NCBI GenBank assembly: GCA_030606285.1
Contig: JAUWGS010000001.1
Coordinates: 176,696 to 240,695, forward strand
DNA length: 64,000 nucleotides
Origin: Planctomycetales bacterium
GTDB lineage: Bacteria > 4484-113
Direction: 5' to 3'
This document shows positions 59,607 through 64,000 of the stretch, piece after piece. The position numbers and the translations under genes are program-made. Under the pieces are notes generated by a model that saw only the letters and a program-made list of their open reading frames with translations, was not told where the DNA came from and did not search any database. Each line of letters opens with the position of its first letter. Position 1 is the first letter of the stretch.

Positions 59607-61223
59607 TCACATCCACGCGAGGAACACGAATGTCATCAGCGCTGCGGCCAGTGTAATTATCAGCGAGATGACCACAGTTGCGCGGATAACCTTGCCCTCC
59701 ATCCCGATGCGGTCGATGACGGCGGCAGCATTCTGAAGTTTAGCCGGGCTGATTACAGAGGCCAGTCCACCGCCGATACCCGAGACCGCAGCGACCAGCA
59801 GCGCTATTGCTAGAGCTTTCTGTTCTCCAGCCGCTGCGAAGACCTGTTGCACTGTGTCGAAGTGCAGCTTCGTGAGCATTACGATGCTAGAGGTCTCACT
59901 GCCGCTGATAAAGCCACCGAGAAGTCCCAGGAACGACGCCACTCCTGCGTACATGCTGTGAAAGGTGTTCGCGGACGCATCCGCCACAACGCTGACCATA
60001 TTATTGCCGGTGCCGGTCGATGCCCACCTGGTCATACCAGCCACGGATATAGGCGCCTCACCGGAATGGTTCAGCACGTAGGCGATGGCGAAAAAGACTG
60101 CTGCGGCGAACGCCGGGCGCGGTATCCTGCGGGCTGACTTTTTCAGCGATGCATCCAGTTGTCGGCGGCTCATGCGGTAGAAGGGCATCGCGATCAATGT
60201 TGCTATCAGCACCCAGGTGTAAGCCTGCCAGGCAACGCGTGTCGCAATCGCCTTCGCGCCGGGGATAATCTGGAGTGGCATAGACCATTGCTTGAAGAGG
60301 ACATCGTAGAGTCCGATAGCCTTGTAGTTCGTAAGTACGCTGAAAATAACGAGGAGTATCCATGGCAGAACGGCCAGTGCTAGCGGCATTCGCTGCTCGG
60401 TCTTTCGGTCCTCGTCCGTGACCTTTGATCGGTCAACGAGCCTGCGTCCGCGAATTCGCAGATAGAACAGCATTACCACAACAACGCCGATGCCGGCAAC
60501 AACGCCCGTGAGGGTGGGGAGTCCGGCCAGGTTCATCCCGATGGCGATGAAACCAGCGGTGAGGCCGGTGATGAGCGCGACCACCCAGCCGCGCCGGATC
60601 TCTGCCCATCCGCCTACGAGCCACAGCATTGACAGGGCGATGAGTGTCGTTATCACCGGCATATACTGGGCGAAGTAAAGGCCGACCTGCGCCGGGCTGT
60701 ACGAGTGTCCGGTGATAGAGCTGACAACATCGGCGAATACCACCACGGGTACGCCCAGGAGCGCATACGTGCACAGCGCGTCGTAGCCGATGGCCGGCAG
60801 TGCGATGGCGACGAACGCGGAATAGCCGAGGCTGAGCATGATCGGAGGCAGTATGGACACGGGTGTTGCGCCCAGCGCTGCCAGCAACGTGCCCACGCCA
60901 ACGTTGATGATCATGATCTGCACTGCTCGGTTCTCGCTGGCTAGTGTTTTCATAAACACTACCAGCCGACGGATGGCGCCGGCCTCCTCCATCACGTTAA
61001 TCTGGAAGATGGAAGCGACAACCATCAAGCTGATGGGAAAGCTGGCGATAATGCCGGCAATGGACGCAACTGCGATAACCTCCCATGAGGTGTGGAAGTA
61101 GAGGACGGCGAGCAGCGCTGTATAGACCCAGCCGATAGCTCCGGCCACATCAGCGGAACGGCGTCCCCAGGTCATCAGCAAGAAGATGACGATTACCGGC
61201 GAGATGGCAAGTGCTACATGCAT
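59607..61223 (-). CDS. L-lactate permease family transporter
   Basis: Polytopic membrane protein; GGFISGSETSS and GGGLASVISPAKL motifs. Confidence 0.75.
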   Translation of the reverse strand: MHVALAISPVIVIFLLMTWGRRSADVAGAIGWVYTALLAVLYFHTSWEVIAVASIAGIIASFPISLMVVASIFQINVMEEAGAIRRLVVFMKTLASENRAVQIMIINVGVGTLLAALGATPVSILPPIMLSLGYSAFVAIALPAIGYDALCTYALLGVPVVVFADVVSSITGHSYSPAQVGLYFAQYMPVITTLIALSMLWLVGGWAEIRRGWVVALITGLTAGFIAIGMNLAGLPTLTGVVAGIGVVVVMLFYLRIRGRRLVDRSKVTDEDRKTEQRMPLALAVLPWILLVIFSVLTNYKAIGLYDVLFKQWSMPLQIIPGAKAIATRVAWQAYTWVLIATLIAMPFYRMSRRQLDASLKKSARRIPRPAFAAAVFFAIAYVLNHSGEAPISVAGMTRWASTGTGNNMVSVVADASANTFHSMYAGVASFLGLLGGFISGSETSSIVMLTKLHFDTVQQVFAAAGEQKALAIALLVAAVSGIGGGLASVISPAKLQNAAAVIDRIGMEGKVIRATVVISLIITLAAALMTFVFLAWM

Positions 61224-61365
61224 CTGTTTGCCTGAGAAGAGAACCGCAAATAATCTGGCGGACAGAGCTAGTGTACATTCTTGCGGGCGAAGTGTCTAGC
61301 AGAATCGCTGTGCTCAGGCACATCTGGGATGGCTTAGCCTCTAGCATGCATATTCCAGACAGGCC

Positions 61366-64000
61366 TTACTGCAATGTGGTCTGATTCCCGTCCTGGGTAG
61401 TAATAACCACCGGGCGTGCCACCGGAGAGATCAGGAACTCGATGGTGTCGTCAGTCTGACCCGGCATGAGATCAATCTCGAAATCAAGGGGAACCAGTTC
61501 GTAGTACTTCGGCATCTGGCCTTCAGCCAGGGTCAGCTTCCATCGTCCGGGACGCAGCTCGCAGAAGCTGAACTCTCCGTTCAGGTCGGTAATGCGGACG
61601 AATCGCTCCTCGCCATTCTCCAGGACTACGAGAACGCCGGTAACGCCTACAACTACGCTCGCACCGTTAGCTCCATTGCCGTTACCGTTGCTATTGTTGT
61701 TGCCATTGCGTCCACCGAGGGACTCAAGCGGAACTGAATCCGGCGCATTGCTGTTACGATAGCCGCTGCGGTTACCGTTGTGATTGCCGTTGCCAAGCGA
61801 CTCAAGCGAAACCGAGCCTTCATTCTGACCGTCCGGGTTGCCATTGATTACGTGATTCCTGTTATTGTCGTTGCCGCTCGTCCACAGAGCGGTGGTGACC
61901 CTTCCGTTTACGGTGGCGCCGTGCACTATCGGGATGTCCAGCTTCACGGTCTCACCGGGCTTGACAGAGAAACTAAAGGGAGCTGAGAGGTCTGGGATCC
62001 GATCGAGCCCGAGGGTACCACGGTCGATTGTCATCTCATATTCGCCGGCTGCGAGCGCGGGGAAGACGAACCGGCCGCCGCCGTCCGTGGCAACCTTCAT
62101 TCCATCCACGAGGATGACCACACCCTCGAGCGGCTCCTCGCGCCCCTCGTTGGCGTAGACCCGACCCTCCAGACGTCCGCTCTTGGGAAGCCACAGCACG
62201 GGAACACTCAGGGGGAATGTGAGTTCAAGTCCTGCTGCGAGCTCACTGCCCAGCGCACCGCCCCGCCGTTGTATTCTGATGTGCAGAGCGCGGTCACTGC
62301 CCAGATCGTGCTCAAGCTCAGCGCGCAGCCAGTTATAGCTGGGACGTCCTGAGCCGTCAGTGCGGCTGTAGCTCGCACTCAACTTCGTGCGCTTGCTCAG
62401 TCGCACATCAGCGTTGAACCAGAGCTGATTGCTTTTCAGCCGCTGCGCACCCAGCGCGGTATCCTCCACATCCCAGCTATAGCCGCCGGAAAAAGTGGAA
62501 TGGCGTCCCGGTCGCGCGTTGAACATCAGGCGATAGCGTTCTAGGTCGCGCTCGGTGCCGGTCAGCCGGTTCTGTCTCTTGCCGAACTCAGCAGTACCGG
62601 TAAGTGACAGGTCGCCGAAGCTGCGCGATAGCTGGAAGTTGGTCGTTCGGTCACGCTCATTCCATTGAAGTAGATTAGTATCCTCGCGCCGACTCCAGCG
62701 CTGGTAGATGCTGGCTCGACCAAGCGGGCCGGCATCAATGCTCATACCCACACTACGATTTGAGTTCTTCGGTCGTGCCTTCAGCGGGTCGCCTTCAAGA
62801 TTCCGCTCGCTCTGGCTGAAGGAGCCCCAGATGCGGATTCCGCGCGCCACGCTCGTGCTCAGATGAGCGCGGCTGTGCTTCACGTCCTGCCAGTAACCGG
62901 GGAAGTACGCCCCCGCGCGCACCAGCTCACCGTCGAAGTAGAATCGCTCATGGTTTACATTAGCGGCCAGGCGATATGCAGTATCGGACTTGCTGCCGCC
63001 GCCCTTGCCGTCGTCGAAGTTGCCCCAACCGTATTCGCCCTCAAGCTCCACACCCTCGGCGGGATTGGAGGTTGCGGACAGGCTCAGCATTTTCCCGTCT
63101 TGCCGCCCCCGCGTGAGGTAGCTCGGCACCTGTGTTTCTTCTTTCCGCAGCGCCGTCAGCGCTACTTCCGTATTGCCCGGAGCTTCAACAGAAATCTGCG
63201 CCCCTGTTAAGCGCTCTGGAATCCACGCATTGCCGCGCTTGCTGGCGAAAACGCGGAATGCCACAGGGTCCTTCCGCACTTCCAGGTCAATACCTCTTCC
63301 ATAGAAGTACCGTTCCGTCAGCGGTGTGACTTCGAGCGAATCATCGCCCAGACTCACGTAGCCCTTACTCTCGTCGCCATACTCTATGTGGAACCGGTCA
63401 GTTTGCAGGAACCTTTGACCGCGCCATCGGGAGGGGTAAGGCCCAACGAAATACACCTCGCCCCAGCGACCCTCGCCCAGATCGCCCTTCAGGTCCAGCT
63501 TGAACTGCGCGGCAATGGTTTCATCTTCTTCCCAGGAGAGCAGGAAGCTGTAGTCACCGTCCAGCGTCTCATACATATCGCCCACGAGCAGGCGGGGATA
63601 GACGATTGTCGTGACGGTGGCTTTAGCCTCCACGGTTCCGTGGTTCAAGTCCAGCGAGCGCGCGGTCAGCGTTACCCGATGCCTTTCCTCTCGCTCTATA
63701 TCCCGAGGCGTGCGAACGGTCACCACCACCGGTTGTGATGAACCTGCCACCAGAGAGAATTCCATTGGCTCGGCGGTGGCCTCCCACTCGGGACGTGAGG
63801 TCAAGTCAATCTTAAAGCGGCTCGGCGCGTTGCTCTGGTTCAGAACGGTGAAGGTACGTGTGTACTCGTCTCCCGCCAGCAACCTGTACTCGCCCGGCGG
63901 TGCGCGAACCTCCACTTTTGCCACAGGAATGACCTTGACCTCAACCTCACCTTCGTCAGTGATACCGGCAAAGCTGGTGTCTGTCACCTTGACGCTGACG
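61366..64000 (-). CDS. Large exported protein: Ig-like domains, putative outer-membrane beta-barrel and C-terminal carboxypeptidase-regulatory/SdrD-B-like domains (5'-truncated by window edge)
   Basis: Frame open to the window end; amphipathic beta-strand pattern; TDxxGxF motifs; Asn/Gly-rich insert. Confidence 0.6.
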   Translation of the reverse strand, partial: VSVKVTDTSFAGITDEGEVEVKVIPVAKVEVRAPPGEYRLLAGDEYTRTFTVLNQSNAPSRFKIDLTSRPEWEATAEPMEFSLVAGSSQPVVVTVRTPRDIEREERHRVTLTARSLDLNHGTVEAKATVTTIVYPRLLVGDMYETLDGDYSFLLSWEEDETIAAQFKLDLKGDLGEGRWGEVYFVGPYPSRWRGQRFLQTDRFHIEYGDESKGYVSLGDDSLEVTPLTERYFYGRGIDLEVRKDPVAFRVFASKRGNAWIPERLTGAQISVEAPGNTEVALTALRKEETQVPSYLTRGRQDGKMLSLSATSNPAEGVELEGEYGWGNFDDGKGGGSKSDTAYRLAANVNHERFYFDGELVRAGAYFPGYWQDVKHSRAHLSTSVARGIRIWGSFSQSERNLEGDPLKARPKNSNRSVGMSIDAGPLGRASIYQRWSRREDTNLLQWNERDRTTNFQLSRSFGDLSLTGTAEFGKRQNRLTGTERDLERYRLMFNARPGRHSTFSGGYSWDVEDTALGAQRLKSNQLWFNADVRLSKRTKLSASYSRTDGSGRPSYNWLRAELEHDLGSDRALHIRIQRRGGALGSELAAGLELTFPLSVPVLWLPKSGRLEGRVYANEGREEPLEGVVILVDGMKVATDGGGRFVFPALAAGEYEMTIDRGTLGLDRIPDLSAPFSFSVKPGETVKLDIPIVHGATVNGRVTTALWTSGNDNNRNHVINGNPDGQNEGSVSLESLGNGNHNGNRSGYRNSNAPDSVPLESLGGRNGNNNSNGNGNGANGASVVVGVTGVLVVLENGEERFVRITDLNGEFSFCELRPGRWKLTLAEGQMPKYYELVPLDFEIDLMPGQTDDTIEFLISPVARPVVITTQDGNQTTLQ

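Noticed and set aside
1..64000. CRISPR arrays, tRNA/rRNA genes, transposases, integrases, prophage genes
   Set aside because: No regularly spaced repeats, cloverleaf motifs or recognisable mobile-element proteins seen by eye

Overview
Gene-dense chromosomal window with about 52 CDS from a GC-rich (estimated by eye), probably anaerobic, peptide/amino-acid-fermenting bacterium of a poorly characterised lineage. Housekeeping genes: tsaB, pyrF, lpdA, DinG-family helicase, mtaB, mnmE, gltX, uppS, sucCD, nadX. Metabolism and transport: a 2-oxoacid:ferredoxin oxidoreductase operon, serC-like/serA/DUF1015, oligopeptide ABC genes, a heterodimeric ABC exporter, lactate permease, a tricorn-like S41 protease and a LysR/double-cubane-cluster protein/activator module. 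I saw no tRNA, rRNA, CRISPR array, transposase or phage gene. The main non-coding signal is an apparently stand-alone, highly structured RNA of about 415 nt at 4507-4920. It has its own promoter-like site, a 5'/3' closing helix, five arms, three cUUCGg tetraloops and an intrinsic terminator. It lacks the hallmarks of RNase P, tmRNA and SRP RNA, and carries short motifs that, from memory, are collinear with the 5' half of OLE RNA. Also notable: an operon of three double-zinc-ribbon membrane proteins, a catalytically degenerate NucS-like protein, a TsdA-like diheme cytochrome, widespread leaderless extended -10 promoters and unusually frequent TAG stops. All family calls come from motif recognition by eye; no database search was run.
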